DNA from: Vermamoeba vermiformis
Taxonomy: Eukaryota
Assembly: GCA_045837725.1 (NCBI GenBank)
Contig: JBEWZL010000056.1
Coordinates: 372,001-436,000 of the forward strand
Direction: 5' to 3'
DNA length: 64,000 bases
A program made the position numbers and the translations under genes. The notes under the pieces are model-generated. The model was not told the origin of the DNA. It ran no database searches and saw nothing but the letters and a program-made list of their open reading frames with translations. This document shows, in pieces, positions 1-12,940 of this stretch (position 1 is the first letter of the stretch; each line of letters starts with the position of its first letter).

Positions 1-262
1 GTATTTGCTGCTGGACAAGCCTATGTGGTACGTTTCGGAAAGTCTATTAGTCGATCGTAAATTAAAGCAATGTTTTGTTTAGGCGTTGAGTCGAGCAACA
101 AGCTTATCAGTACGTAATAATTAATTATTTTTGACGTAAGTAGAGTCTAGCGATTAATTCAAATTCAAGGGATTGAAGTTGCTCGGAACAATTGATCGAA
201 CGAAGATCAGGTCGTCGTCAGCAGTTGTGCAGTTCTACGCCCAATTAAAAACCCTTTCTTAG
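1..262 (+). CDS. PIF1: Pif1-family DNA helicase, 3' end (partial; exons 1-27, 83-109, 170-262)
   Basis: Splicing two GTACGT..AG introns gives VFAAGQAYV-ALSRATSLS-GLKLLGTIDRTKIRSSSAVVQFYAQLKTLS*. GQAYVALSR is helicase motif VI of Pif1/RecD-type helicases. Absent from the ORF track. Confidence 0.85.
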
Positions 263-494
263 GGATCACATTGTAAATAGTTCCAATTGTACAGACAAAA
301 GAAGTATCTTTCGGCTCCCACAATTCCACTTTTAGCTCACCACGTGCGGCAATCACTTGTGTATTTCAATTTTTTCCCTAGTTTGGTAACCAGTCACCAC
401 GTTTCCCGGCAGCAACGCAACATCTTATTGAAGTTGAATGGAAGATATTGTTTAATTATATTATTACCACCCATAATTGATCAACGTTGCAACA

Positions 495-3400
495 ATGTTT
501 AAAGCTTTAAAAGCAGGTCGTAGACGATCTTCTCCAGGTACCTATTTATGTATACAATTGATTTCGTTATATAATTATTGGCCAAGAGGACCCTTATTTT
601 CATATTTTATGTACTAATTTTGCGGTTTATTAATAATGCCTCTCTTGCGCAGCATTCGGTTCTCTAAAGAATCAAGCAGAAGCCTTATTACGAAAGTTAC
701 AACTACGAGTGTCCGAAGGAGTTGGGCCTCAAACAATTGTCAAACTGTATAACGTAAGCGAAGCGAATCTGCGATCCTCCGATCTTTGTAGGTCTGACGA
801 AACCTTTTAGATACTCACAAAATGGAATATACTATCAACTCACGGAGAGGAATCAATTCTAGCTTTAAAGCAGACTCTTAAACAATTGGGACGCAGCCTG
901 GATGCGTGCGAAAAACAAACTGAATTGACGACTATCCACAGTTGTTTAGAAGAGGCGGTGAAGGTACTATTAACTACCCCTTTGATTCGTTTTCGTTATT
1001 TTACCACCGATAATTGCAAACGTAGACTAATATTCGCGTTACAGAATTGCCGTCAAGAAGGTATGTTGGGCTCTCTCGCTGAAAGTGAAGAGGACGGAGA
1101 TGCAGGAGAGGGTAAGTCGTGCCATTAATACCGCGATTGCAGGGTAAACGCGTTTTCTTTATTTTTGCCAACGTGTTACATGTAGATTCTAAATCTGGAG
1201 AAGAGTTAAGCCACCCAAAATCAGCACCTGCACTGACTGGGGGCAATAAGGAATATATTCGAGTATACATCAATTCAGATACCACGTTCCGGAGCTTCGT
1301 TGTAGCCTCGGAAGAGACCGTGCGAGAATTTTTGCAAAGAATAGCTCCCAAGCTCTCTTTATCAGACGATTATAATGAAGGTAAGCGTAATTTTAAAATG
1401 CTAATTCCGAAATCGAGGCGCGATAATTCGCCTGGTTTCGCATCCGTTCACCACTCAAGTCCTGTCATGTCTAAAATAGGAAAATTATCAAGCTTGTGCG
1501 TGTGTCATGTCATTCTCGTTAGTCGTAGGCCTGTCAACGAATTCGCATATTATAATGACCTAATCTGTTGTTATGTTGCGCTTAATATTTCGGAATCAAT
1601 CCATTTCAGACGTTCACTCGTCCGCGTGGAGCGTATCCAAATTTTCTTTTTTTAATTTTATGTTGAATCAGCCTCCTTTATATCTAACCATTTCTATACG
1701 GACGGTGGTGTTTGGTTTTGCGGAGTTAGGCGGCTTAAATCACGCGAATGTCACTTATCGGCAATTTTCCAAAACAGTTTTGTTCGTTTGTCTTCCTTTT
1801 TTCACTTTCTAACCGAGTGAATGCAACAGGTTGCGAGTTGTTCCTCGTCAATACCAAAACGCAAAGCGAGGAGCTGATCGCAATGGATGACAAGCCTGCT
1901 AAACTCAAGCGCTCCATCAGCGCCAGCGGATCTGGAAAGTTTATGCTTAAAAGCAAAGTTAAGACCGACGAACCAAAGAGCAGTACAATACATCGCTCGA
2001 GCAAAGCGATTGATAGTGCAGCTTCATCACCTCAGTTGAACAGGTAACTTAATCCGTAGTCTTAGTTCAAATTCTGCTAGTCTTTTCATTTTTCAACTAA
2101 GCAATATTATAGATCAATGCAGAATACAACATCCGCATTTTAAATTCTGATAATCAATTAATGAATTTATTGACTTTTCCGTGGTTTCGGTTCTCCATCC
2201 AGATCGCATACTTAAAAACTTTATTAAACCAGGCCCAAGATGGAGGGAATCAAAGTATACCTATCCGATGGTACATTCAAAAGCATATTCATCTCTGGAA
2301 ATGAAACTGTTGGACAGATCACGTCTAAAATTCTCACAAAGTTGTCGCAGCAGCTCAATATTGATACTAGCAAGTACTGGTTGTTTGAAGCTGCCAAAGG
2401 CTCGCGGGAGAGCGAACACAGACGTTTGGGTAAGAACATGATTCGCGCTCAATTGATACCAAAGATTCTCTCGACACAAAATCTTTTGGTGAAAGATCCG
2501 ACAGTTGGATCGGATCTTCGCCCGAGACTTTAAAATAATATTTTTGATTATTATCGTCACTAATATCCTTTGTCTTGCAGATGATTCTGAACCTATTTCT
2601 CAAGTTTTACACTGGAGTCCGGATGTGTGCTTAATGGCGCACGAAGATGTTGCAGCTGGCAAATTAAAGCGCCAGGCATCATTTTTGGATGAAAGGTGTG
2701 TTTCACGATTTGATTTATAATTATGGCCTCCAAATAACTTTCGGTGTAATTTAGATCCTACTCACAAAGCGAGACAGACCTCGAGTCTTCACCGCAATCT
2801 TCAGCCTCTTTGTTGCGATCAGCGAGCAGTTCATCGCTCAGTTTCAGCGAATCAAGCCCTCCTCTTGCGGGCTCACCGTTAGAGTTCACGGGCCCGAAAC
2901 TGCAGCTCAGTCGCATGGGTCTCGAGACACTTCCCTCACGTGTCATGACCGAAGGCGTGCACGTGAAGACCATGCACATTGGTTTCAATCAATTGTCGTC
3001 GCTCGATGACCTTAAAGACATGACACAGCTAGTCACACTCAAAGCAGCGCAAAATCGCATTAGCTCCGTGCCCTCATTCATCGGCACTATGAGCAATCTC
3101 GAAGTGTTGGACTTGACGGGCAATCAAATCAGTTCACTGCCCAAAGAATTCTATTCGCTCAACAAACTCAAAAGACTGCATCTGAGCTACAACAGGCTCT
3201 CGGTGATCGATGCTGCATTGTCCTCATTACACAGCTTAGAAGAGCTTACATTGGCATGCAATGAAATTCAATCGCTGCCCAACGAAGTGTTCAAGCACAT
3301 GAACAAGTTGATATTGCTCGATCTGTCGCAAAACAACTTAACACAGCTTCCATCATCTATCCAATCGTTAGTTAGTCTAGAGGAGCTATATATATCGTGC

Positions 3401-5579
3401 AATCAACTCGCTCATCTCCCCACCGAGGTCTATCAACTAAAATCGATGAGGAGTTTGGATGTGAGCAACAATTCTATTGAAGTCTTGCCGGAGGGACTAC
3501 TCAACCTAGTCAAACTTCAAGAGCTCATCGCACAGGTATAATATTGACATTCGGATAATTGTGCGCGATTAACTGACAGTTTGTAGGGCAACCCTATCAA
3601 ACAAGCGCCAATTCATGAAATCCAACTGTTGTCTGTTGGGGACCTTAAACGCATTCTAGTACCGGGATGCGATGACTTACAAGTGGTATGTTGGCACCTT
3701 GACCTTTTATGGTTTCGAAATATTGACGAGCTAAATTTAGCCTGACCGATCTGGGCGGAGATTCACCCGGAGCAATGTGTCAGTGATGGACTTATTGCAA
3801 ATTGTTCCTCAAGAGCTAAGAATGTAAGTTCTTAATTATTCCTAATCTTTACGTTCACGCAAATGCTAGTACACAACGCGCCTTATCCTGATCCTCTTCC
3901 TTTTAGATCGGCGGATTCAGATCTTGGCAAAACAAACAGTGTGCCCGTATTACGAAGCAGTTCGAATGTGAGCAATGAATTAATTGTCACAAATAAGGAA
4001 GAATGTAAGTTTCGTTTTCCTATCGGCAAATTTGTGTCACCTCGCCGACAAATTGACGTACTTTTCAAATGTTAACAATTCTATATTTAGTGATCAAACT
4101 TGAACGCGAGGAGTTGAGCAAGCAAACTGGAGCATTTGCCGAGACAGGCACTAAATATTTGTTGGATGACCATCACAATGACGATTATTACACCTATTTT
4201 CACGGTCAATGTAAGTTGCGAGATTTATGGTGATTTTTCTAATTATGGCCATTTAGTGCATACAAATTATGTTGGTGCTGAATTACTTCAAGGCATCCTC
4301 GTGATTAGCATATTGACCGACACGGAACAACTTCAAGGCGAAGAAGTTTATCGTGTGCTCGTGAAGACTCGTGAGCGAGATCTGTCCTTGCTGCTGCCCA
4401 AAAAGACTGTCAAGACCAGCTCTAGCAAGAGCAAGACGAACAAACAACACGTAAGCTGTTCAATTGAGCACTATTAGACCGCGCTAACCACATCGCTATT
4501 CAGGCTGTGCTCAAGGCCGCGGTGAATTATTTGCGCGACACATACGGCATGAACATCTCGAGCATCAAAGAGATCAGCGACAGCTCGTTCAGTGAAGAGC
4601 TATTGGACCTCGAAGAACGACTCAACACCACTGCCTTCAAGTTCGGCATTTTGTACTGTGCTCCCAATCAACGTACGGAAAGTGAATACTACAACAATGG
4701 TAAGTCATACAGACATTTGTTGAACGTAACCATTACTGATGCCCTATATTAGTGAATGGCAGCAAAGATTTTGACGAGTTTTTGGAGATGTTGGGCGACA
4801 AAGTTAAACTGCAAGGCTGGACTAAATACAATGGCGGTCTCGATATCGAATGTAAGTCACACGAGCACCATCTGTTGCATTTGATACTTATATTGCTACA
4901 GCTGACCGCAGCGGAACTCATTCTCTGTATGCCGAGTGGAGCAATTTTGAAATCATGTTCCACGTCAGCACACTGTTGCCCTACACCCCCGATGAGGATC
5001 AGCAACTCGAGCGAAAGAGACACATCGGCAATGATGTAATCGTGCTCGTCTTCCAAGATGAGGACTCGGCGCCTATTCAGCCCGAACTGATTCGCTCGTA
5101 CTTCAATCACGTGTTCATTGTGGTCCGTCCAGTGACTATCGACGGCAAGAAGTACTACAGGTGCGTGCGAATCTTCTTGATTCTGTGTGTGCAATACTAA
5201 GTTATTCCGCGTACAGAACTGCAACAGCATGGAAAGACGGCGTGACACCATTCGGCCCTGCAGTCCCCGCTGATCACTTGTTCTCCACGGGCGAAGAGTT
5301 CCGAACCTATTTGCTGACTAAAAGTAAGTCACTCGCTTTGACAAATGTCGTGCAATCTCTAACATACCTGCAGTGATTAATGGTGAGCGCGCTGCTTACA
5401 CTGCCCCTGGTTTCGCCAAAGCCATGACCCGCACACGCGAGCAGATGCTGCTAGAACTCTCGCAGAAGTTCATGCCCTCTAAGCCCCGTCATCGCAAGTC
5501 GATCGCCCTCAGGCTGCGCGATGGCATCAATGCGAGCAGCTCACGTCGCAGCTCGCGCGAAGTATTCGAAAAGCTGTAG
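495..5579 (+). CDS. Multi-exon RapGAP with two Ras-association (RA)-like domains and an LRR array
   Basis: RA-like segments [28 protein letters not shown] (~1250-1380) and [25 protein letters not shown] (~2245-2430). LxxLxLxxNxL repeats at 2900-3540. RapGAP motifs [27 protein letters not shown] and [10 protein letters not shown] (Asn thumb). ATG 495 links in frame through GT-AG introns. Confidence 0.85.
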
Positions 5580-5911
5580 AGCCTTTCGACAAATTTTGTT
5601 TAATTGTTTAGTTGCGTAGCGTTAGAGTCGAAGCATCAAAGCGAATATCAGTCGTTATTTGACAAGGCATTTTTGTTTAGAGTTCGGTGCCTGGTCGGTT
5701 GTATCAGCGTATTGTAAATAACAGAGCGCGATCAGCCACTCGAACGATGTATCATAACCTCTGCCTTGGATAATAAAGCGATTCTTTTTGATCGAACTGT
5801 TTGCCAGAAACTTAGTGTGAATTTCACGCGCGGAACTTTTCACCGAAGCAACGCAACATATTTCGTTCTACTTCCGTCGCGCATGAACACTCAAGTATTT
5901 ATTAATTAATA

Positions 5912-8118
5912 ATGCTACCAAGGGCATTCTCCCAAGTTTGGGGGTGTAGATCCAGATCACTAATTTTAAAGAAAGCGTTGTCTTCTCAGAAGGTAAGAAT
6001 AGCTATTTAATTTTTTTTGTGAAGAACGTACTGATACATGTGGTTATATTGTGGTATTTGAATTATATTAGGTTTCGGGAATAAAAATAATTTATAATTA
6101 ATACTTTCTTGTAGCAGACTCGACCACTGCTTCGTCAAAATAGCAACAAAAATATTGGTGGATGTTTTTCTTTTATTTCACGGAGTTATGTAAACAAAAT
6201 AATTGACGATCCAACTCCGGTGACAGATCGCGCCGCCCAGCCTCACGTAACAACCACAAAGAAAAATCCACTTGATATAGCGTCTCAAGAGACAACGCCG
6301 CGGACACCAAAACAATTAGCGAAACTCATATCGCACAACTCAATTGAACGACGTTTTCATTTGTGCCAGCACTTCTGGCAAGAGTATCAAAAGTCAGGCC
6401 ATCCCTTTGATGCCGATGTATATTTAGCTTATTTATTGTCTTTGGCCAAACAAAAGCGTGATCTCCAAGTGATTTCATTGTTTATTGAAATGAAAAAACA
6501 AGGCTACGTGCCCGACACCCTCGCGTACAACGCAGTGATGAGTGTTTATGCGCACAAAGGGTATGCATTAATACTACGATATACCTGGCTAACAACTGCA
6601 CTACAGAGATTTGCAAAGTGTGTTGGACATCTTTACAGAGATGAAAGAGCGTCGTGTGACAGTGGCCGTGCCAACATTCAACATATTAATGGGTGCTTAT
6701 ATGCGCAAAGGACAGTTTGACAAAGCTATTGAAATCTTCACGGAGATGCAGAATATCGGACTCGTTCCTGACACTACGACTTACACAACTTTGATTACTA
6801 TTTATGGCAAGAAGCACACCCTCGACAAAGTGATGAGTCTGTACAATGAAATGGTTGAAAACAAAGTGAAGCGCAATGTCGTAACATACAACGCGATTAT
6901 TGGCATATTCGCCAAACAGGGAGATCAAGTCGTCGTGGACAAATTTGTGCAATCAATGCAAACAGAGGGCATCAAGCCAGACATCAACACCTTCAATGGC
7001 CTGTTGCACTTGCTGGCCAGACGTGTGTTGGACAGACGTGAAGTGCTGGCTCGTGTCACACAAATTCGCTCTAAAATGAAAGAGCTGTTGTTAGCTCCCG
7101 ATGTGATCACATTGACAGGGCTGATGAAGGTCTACTGCTCTATTGGTAAGCGCCTGCTTAGTTATAGTGAATGACAGCTAACGCCCCCTATTAGATATGG
7201 CGGACAAAGCAGTCGAGATCTATCGTACATCTGTGAGCAGTGGCTTCAAAGTCAACATTGCAGCTGTGAATGTGATGCTCAACACATTTGCAGCACAAGA
7301 CAAAGCAGTCGATGCCGAGCGAATGTTCACCGAAGCCAAGCAATCAGGTCTCAAGCCCAATGCATTCACTTACGCAGCCATGTCTCGCTTGTCCGTCAAG
7401 AATTTCAGTACGTTGTCGTGCCTCTTTCGAACGAATTCTAATCAGTTACAGCGATGTGCATGCAGTACTTCAACGAGATGAAGGCAGCAGGTATCAAGCC
7501 GCGCACAGTGAACTACAACGTGCTGTTGTACTCGTGTTACTGGCACAACAACATTAAAGTCGCCAAGACACTCTTCACGGAGATGACACAGGTCGAGGGC
7601 CTCGTGCCTGATAGTCAGGTGGGTCTCTTAAAAGAAGCAGTGCGTGAGCCAGACTAACGATATTAAAACAGACAATTGATGGCTTAATGAAGCTGAGTAT
7701 TCGTGTCGAACAGTTTGACTTCGCATTTGAACTGCTCCAGTACGTGAAGGAGCACAATTTGCAACACGTGTTCCACAAAGACATCGCTCTAGTATTTACC
7801 AAACAAGTGCTCGCTAGATTGATGGTGTTCTTGCCACGTGATGCTGAAACCACCGCAGAGATCCGCAACACTATTATTCGATGGCGCTCCTTGTTGCGCA
7901 GTTTGCCCTCAAAGCTTGCTTTCGAGCAGTATATAACGCAGTTCTTGGACTTCGCATTAGAACACCGTGCCAAGTTGCTGGAGTGCTGGGTGACTTCGCG
8001 TACTGAAAAACGCTCGCGCAACACGGACGTAGTTGAAGATCTGGTCTGGAAACCCAACTTCAGCAGTGAGACAGTGCATGACAATGAACTACACTTAGAG
8101 TCGGAGCCAAATAAATAA
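5912..8118 (+). CDS. Pentatricopeptide-repeat (PPR) protein, probably mitochondrial
   Basis: Many P-type PPR motifs (PDTLAYNAVMSVYA, PDTTTYTTLITIYGK, PDINTFNGLL, PNAFTYAAM). The N-terminal MLPRAFSQVWGCRSRSLILKK...SRSY is Arg-rich and acid-free and splices in frame to ORF 6220. Confidence 0.88.
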
Positions 8119-8198
8119 GCACTAGGCAATTTTGTGTTCGAGTTTTTGTGCTTCCAGAACTTTCGCGTGATTTTTGTAATGTTGAGGACAGATCGACC

Positions 8199-9955
8199 AT
8201 GAGCTCCATATTAGAGAAAATTGTTCAGCAGCGGCTGATTGATGTTCAAAAGGCCAAGGAAAACACTACCCTAGAACAGCTCAAGGCCAGATTGAATACT
8301 TTTACGCAGATTGACTTCTACGCCCGAATACAACGAGATGTAAATAATAAGGGCCTAGCAGTGATGGCAGAAGTAAAGCGCGCGTCTCCAAGCAAAGGTG
8401 ACATCGCTCCTCACATTGTAGCTGCGGATCAAGGTTTATCATACGCAACAGCAGGTAAATTGGGTCTCAAAATCATTAAAATAATATTATAAAATTATTA
8501 CATATTCCGGTTGAGTATTTCACTCGTTCTTTGGCTGATCTCACTTTTAGGGGCAACCGTTATTTCATGTTTGACGGAGCCTACTTGGTTCAAGGGCACA
8601 CTGCAAGACATGACTGATATTCGAACTGTTATTGAAAGTGTTGCGGATCGACCAGCTTTGTTGCGAAAAGATTTTATCGTAGACGAATATCAAATATACG
8701 AGGCTCGTGCGTGCGGTGCTGACTCGTTGTTGCTGATCGTCGCCGCGCTGTCACACCAACAGCTTGTGGTACGTAGTGCGAGTGCAGTCTTAGTGCTCGA
8801 GACTGACGACATTGTGCAGGACTATTTGCGGTGTGCGCGCAGTCTGGGCATGGAGCCCTTAGTCGAAGTGAACACGGACGACGAGATGCGTGTCGCGGTG
8901 GAGATTGGGGCTAAACTGATTGGCATCAACAACCGCAACTTGCACACCTTCACTGTGGACTTGAACACGACTGGAGACCTGTTGAAGACACTGCAGAACA
9001 TTCCACAAGACATTATCTTTGCTGCGCTTAGTGGCATCGTTGATCGCAAGGTACAGCAGTGCACTATTGTTTTATTAGCCTAATGCTCGCATAGGATGTG
9101 GAATTCTTTTCAAATATTGGCGTGCACGCTATTCTCGTTGGCGAGTCACTCATGCGAGCACAAGACCCAAAAGCCAAATTGAAAGAGTTGCGCGGCGATT
9201 ATGAACCCTTAGTGAAGATATGTGGCTTGACAGATGTCCATGAAGCACTCGAAGCTGTCAAATTTGGCGCAGATTTGATTGGTCTCATCTTCGCACCTCA
9301 ATCCAAGCGCAAAGTGTCCGTAGATGTAGCCAAACAAATCGTTGCAGCGGTGAAACAATTCCGTGGCGACGCTGGACAGGTCGGCGAGTTGTTGACATCG
9401 GAGTTAGTTGGCAAGGACAAGTTAATTGAGAGTTGGTTCAGTTGGCTAGCAAGTGCTGCGAAGTCACATCGCCCACTCGTTGTGGGTGTGTTTGCAGACC
9501 AATCTCTCGATGAAGTCAAGTCTCTGGCACAAGAGACAGGTGTAGATGTCATTCAGTTGTCAGGTGCTGAAGAGTGGTCGTTTATCCCGTCCTTATCCAA
9601 GCCTGTATTGCGCGCTGTACATGTCGCTCCAGCGGGTGACCCTGTGACCCTCGAGTCCTTGCCACTTCCAGACCGTCCAGTAGGTCTGTTACTCGACGCT
9701 GTTGATCCAAATTCCCCGCACTTGCGCGGTGGCACTGGTCAACAAATAGCTTGGGGTCGTGCTGCACCACTTGCTCGTGCTGTTCCCCTCGCTTTGGCCG
9801 GAGGACTCAAGTCAGCGAATGTGGCTGCAGCTGTGCGCACATTCCGCCCCCGCCTAGTCGATGTGGCATCGGGCGTGGAGATCAGTCCTGGCAAGAAAGA
9901 TCTAACACAAGTGCAACAGTTTATTCACAATGCTAAGCACGCGTTCGAGTCCTAA
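8199..9955 (+). CDS. trpCF: Bifunctional indole-3-glycerol-phosphate synthase / phosphoribosylanthranilate isomerase
   Basis: IGPS motifs AEVKRASPSKG, SCLTEPTWFKG, LRKDFI, LVEV, IGINNRNL, LVGESLMR. PRAI motifs VKICGL, LLLD, GGTG, LAGGL, VDVASGVE. Three short introns. Confidence 0.95.
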
Positions 9956-9997
9956 TCTAATAAATACTCGGTTACTATTAACAAAAGAAACTAAACT

Positions 9998-12705
9998 TTA
10001 TTCGTATAAATGGTTGATCTCATCGCGCAACAGAGTGAGATCTTTCTCTTGCTTGCTGATCTTAGCACCTTCGCGTCGCTTGGCTTCAACTTCAGCACGG
10101 AGGGCAGCGGGCAATGTCTCTTTGTAATCTTGTCGCTTGTGCAAAACATCATATTCGACGAGCATGTAGTACTTGCAGTAGTTGCGCAGGTACTTGAGTT
10201 GATAGGTGTCCGCCAGCACGAACAGGTCCACTGCATTTTCAATATTTACATAGTCCCGCAGCTTGATTTGACTCAACTCCAACACTTCTTGAATGTTGAA
10301 CTGGTGGCACGTGATGATAAAATCAACCAAGTCGTCAGCTTTGACCTGTAACGCCTGTTAGCCAAGCACTCACCGTATATTTCAACTTATTCAACTTACG
10401 TTAATTTCACCGGTGTAGATGGCATTGACAAGGGCCAAAAAGATGCGTGGAGAGGTCTCGTCGCCTAATGAAATCACGCTCTCGCGGCTTTCCATCATGC
10501 CCGTGCGGAACATGGCGGCAAAGTACTCTGTGATAGGGTATTAATGTCAGCAATCGTCACTTACACGAGCTTGATACTCACCAGATCTGACCACTAAAAT
10601 GCTCTTATGCAATTTAAACAGCTGATCTTGCACTTTGAATGTGACGTCAGAGTACTCGATATTAGGCTGTTCAGAGCCGAGTTCCATGAACATCAAGTCA
10701 TATTCGCGGACCACTTGTCCGAGGTCTGTTTGCAATGAACGATTGATGTCCTGTCACTAAGAGTTAGAGCCACCTAACCAGAGGCAAGCAGTACTCACTC
10801 TAACATCGAGTTTGTAACGCTTCCAAGTCGATTCAAACGTCTTCTTGTACTCGGGCAGACCACTGTAAGCATAGAGCAAGGCGTTCTTGAACTCAATGTA
10901 GGAGATATTTTTCACGCAGTGCGAACGGCTGTATTGATCGTACTCGAATTGAATAGCGCCTACAACAAGTGTTAGAATCACATATGCACCATTATCCATC
11001 ATTGCGCTTACCGTTCTCAAGGTCACTCAAACAGTTCCACATTTGACGTCGCAAATTCAACACGGCTCTGTGTGCGTAAATCAGCTTGCCCTCAACTTCG
11101 AACTTGATGTCGGAGAAGTTGTGATCTTCTTCTTTTTCAGCTGCTTCTAACAAGCGGACCATGGCTTGACCCAAGTGCGTGCCGACAGAGTTCAACTTCT
11201 CCATCATTGCGGCATCGAACTTGGTGTCGAGGTTGACCAGCAGCTCGGAACGCTTTTGAATCAAATAGACGACTGCCTTCTCTTGCGATCTTCTGTCATC
11301 TGTCACACGTCGCACAATGATGCCTGAAATCGATGCAAAGACACTCAAAATAGCGAACAAGAGCAGTGGTGTCGCGACTACAACCCACGGCAAGTCCAAC
11401 ACTCCATCGAGTTTGACGCAGACGAGAATCTGGCGCTTGATTAGCACGTGCCCAGGACTCAGAAATATGAGTGAGACTTACCTGAAAAGCAACGACGCAC
11501 AAGTAAATAATGAGCACAAAGCTGTACCAAATGAAAGTGGCGGAGGTGCGACGGAACTTGTCGTGAAATGATGAAATCATGTCAGCACGGAACAGTATGA
11601 TGAAAAAGATGAGTGCCAAGACATCGGGGATCCAGAACCACAGCGCGCCTAGTCCGAACCTGAAGTGCGATGAGTGAGTCAAATTCGATTAGACAAAGTG
11701 GCCCTGGCGACGACTTACCAGCTGGCAGTGGGCAACACACCGTCAGTTTTGAGGAAGAAAATAATCTCAGAGGTCACGCAGTAGAAGACTGGAATAACAT
11801 GTGTTAGTTATGTATATATATGCCTTATTAGTAGTGCATGATCTTCACTTACACAGGCCGAATATCGATAGAGTGCCCGGAGCGTTGCAGCGACCTTCGC
11901 ACTTTGGACAGCCGACTAGTGCCACACCAGCAATCAGCCACACAAAATGTCCTACGTAGATAGGCAGTGCCATGACTAGAATACAATGCAATATTAGCAC
12001 ACTGCCTTATATGGCAACACTCGGCACTTACGTGTCGCCAATCCGTCCATCAGAAAATCGAGTTTGAAGGCAAAGAAGGTGCAAGAAAGAGCGAAACACA
12101 AGCTATTCACCGCCACAAATGCCAGTAGTGATATCCAAGTGAGTCGTTTGTTGTCTTGGCGGTGATTCTTCCAGTACAAACCCATCAGGATCACGCCCAA
12201 AAAGTATAAACAAATAAACAATATAAATAATGGCGCGAAGACGGCTCTAAGAAAGAATTAGATTATGCAAGATAATATACAATTCTTACCGATAAGATAT
12301 TGATATAACTGCATCAGCGCGTAAGGCGAACACTGCGATCCACCTGGATCATGCGATTAGTTAAACCTTAGTGATTATAATAATCATACTAATTACAATA
12401 TCTATAACTGTTAGTGACAGTGCTATTGCTAAGCTTTTAGACTTTAAATTGTAAATTTCGATTTTTCGATCGTTATTGAACGATTCTTGAATTTAATCTT
12501 ATAATTAATTTGTCGTTACTGGTAATAAGTAATATATGAGGGTGCATAATACATTCGCTTGGATCATATTAAATGTCAAATTTAATTACCAAATAAATAG
12601 AATCCAGAAGCCAAACCACACACTGAGGGACAATGCAGGCTTAAATAATATAGAGTCCATGCGCTCTGTGTGGTAGTCGTCGAGAACTTTCTTTAAGGCC
12701 ATCAT
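9998..12705 (-). CDS. Multi-pass membrane protein (TMEM185/Fragile-X-F-like) with two C-terminal BTB/POZ domains
   Basis: Repeated TM hairpins with 'KLDG..W..V..PL' signatures (VKLDGVLDLPWVVVATPL, FKLDFLMDG). BTB motifs FSDIKFEVEGKLIYAHRAVL and YSDVTFKVQDQLFKLHKSILVVRS, plus a BACK-like ENAVDLFVLADTYQLKYLRNYC. ATG at 12705 read by eye. Confidence 0.8.
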
Positions 12706-12940
12706 TTTGGGCAACGGCCGTTGAGTTAGGTTATTTATCAAGGGGTGCTAGACGCGAGAAGCAGCGAATACCGATCGCCTGCTGTGCTATATACAAGTTA
12801 AATAAATAAGTATCGGACAGAAATATTTGATTGCCCAAATTTCTAACCCGAATTTAGACCCACGTGCTTCTTTGAATCTTTCGCCGATTATTTTATCATA
12901 ATCAACCGTTCGTTGAACCGAACAGCAGTGCGTCTTGTCA
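12706..12940. promoter_or_regulatory. Compact bidirectional promoter region
   Basis: Only 235 bp separate the divergent ATGs at 12705(-) and 12941(+). Confidence 0.5.

Noticed and set aside
12396-12402. Possible 5-nt microexon in the first intron of the TMEM185-BTB gene
   Set aside because: Direct splicing already gives the in-frame FIWWIAVFALRADA.
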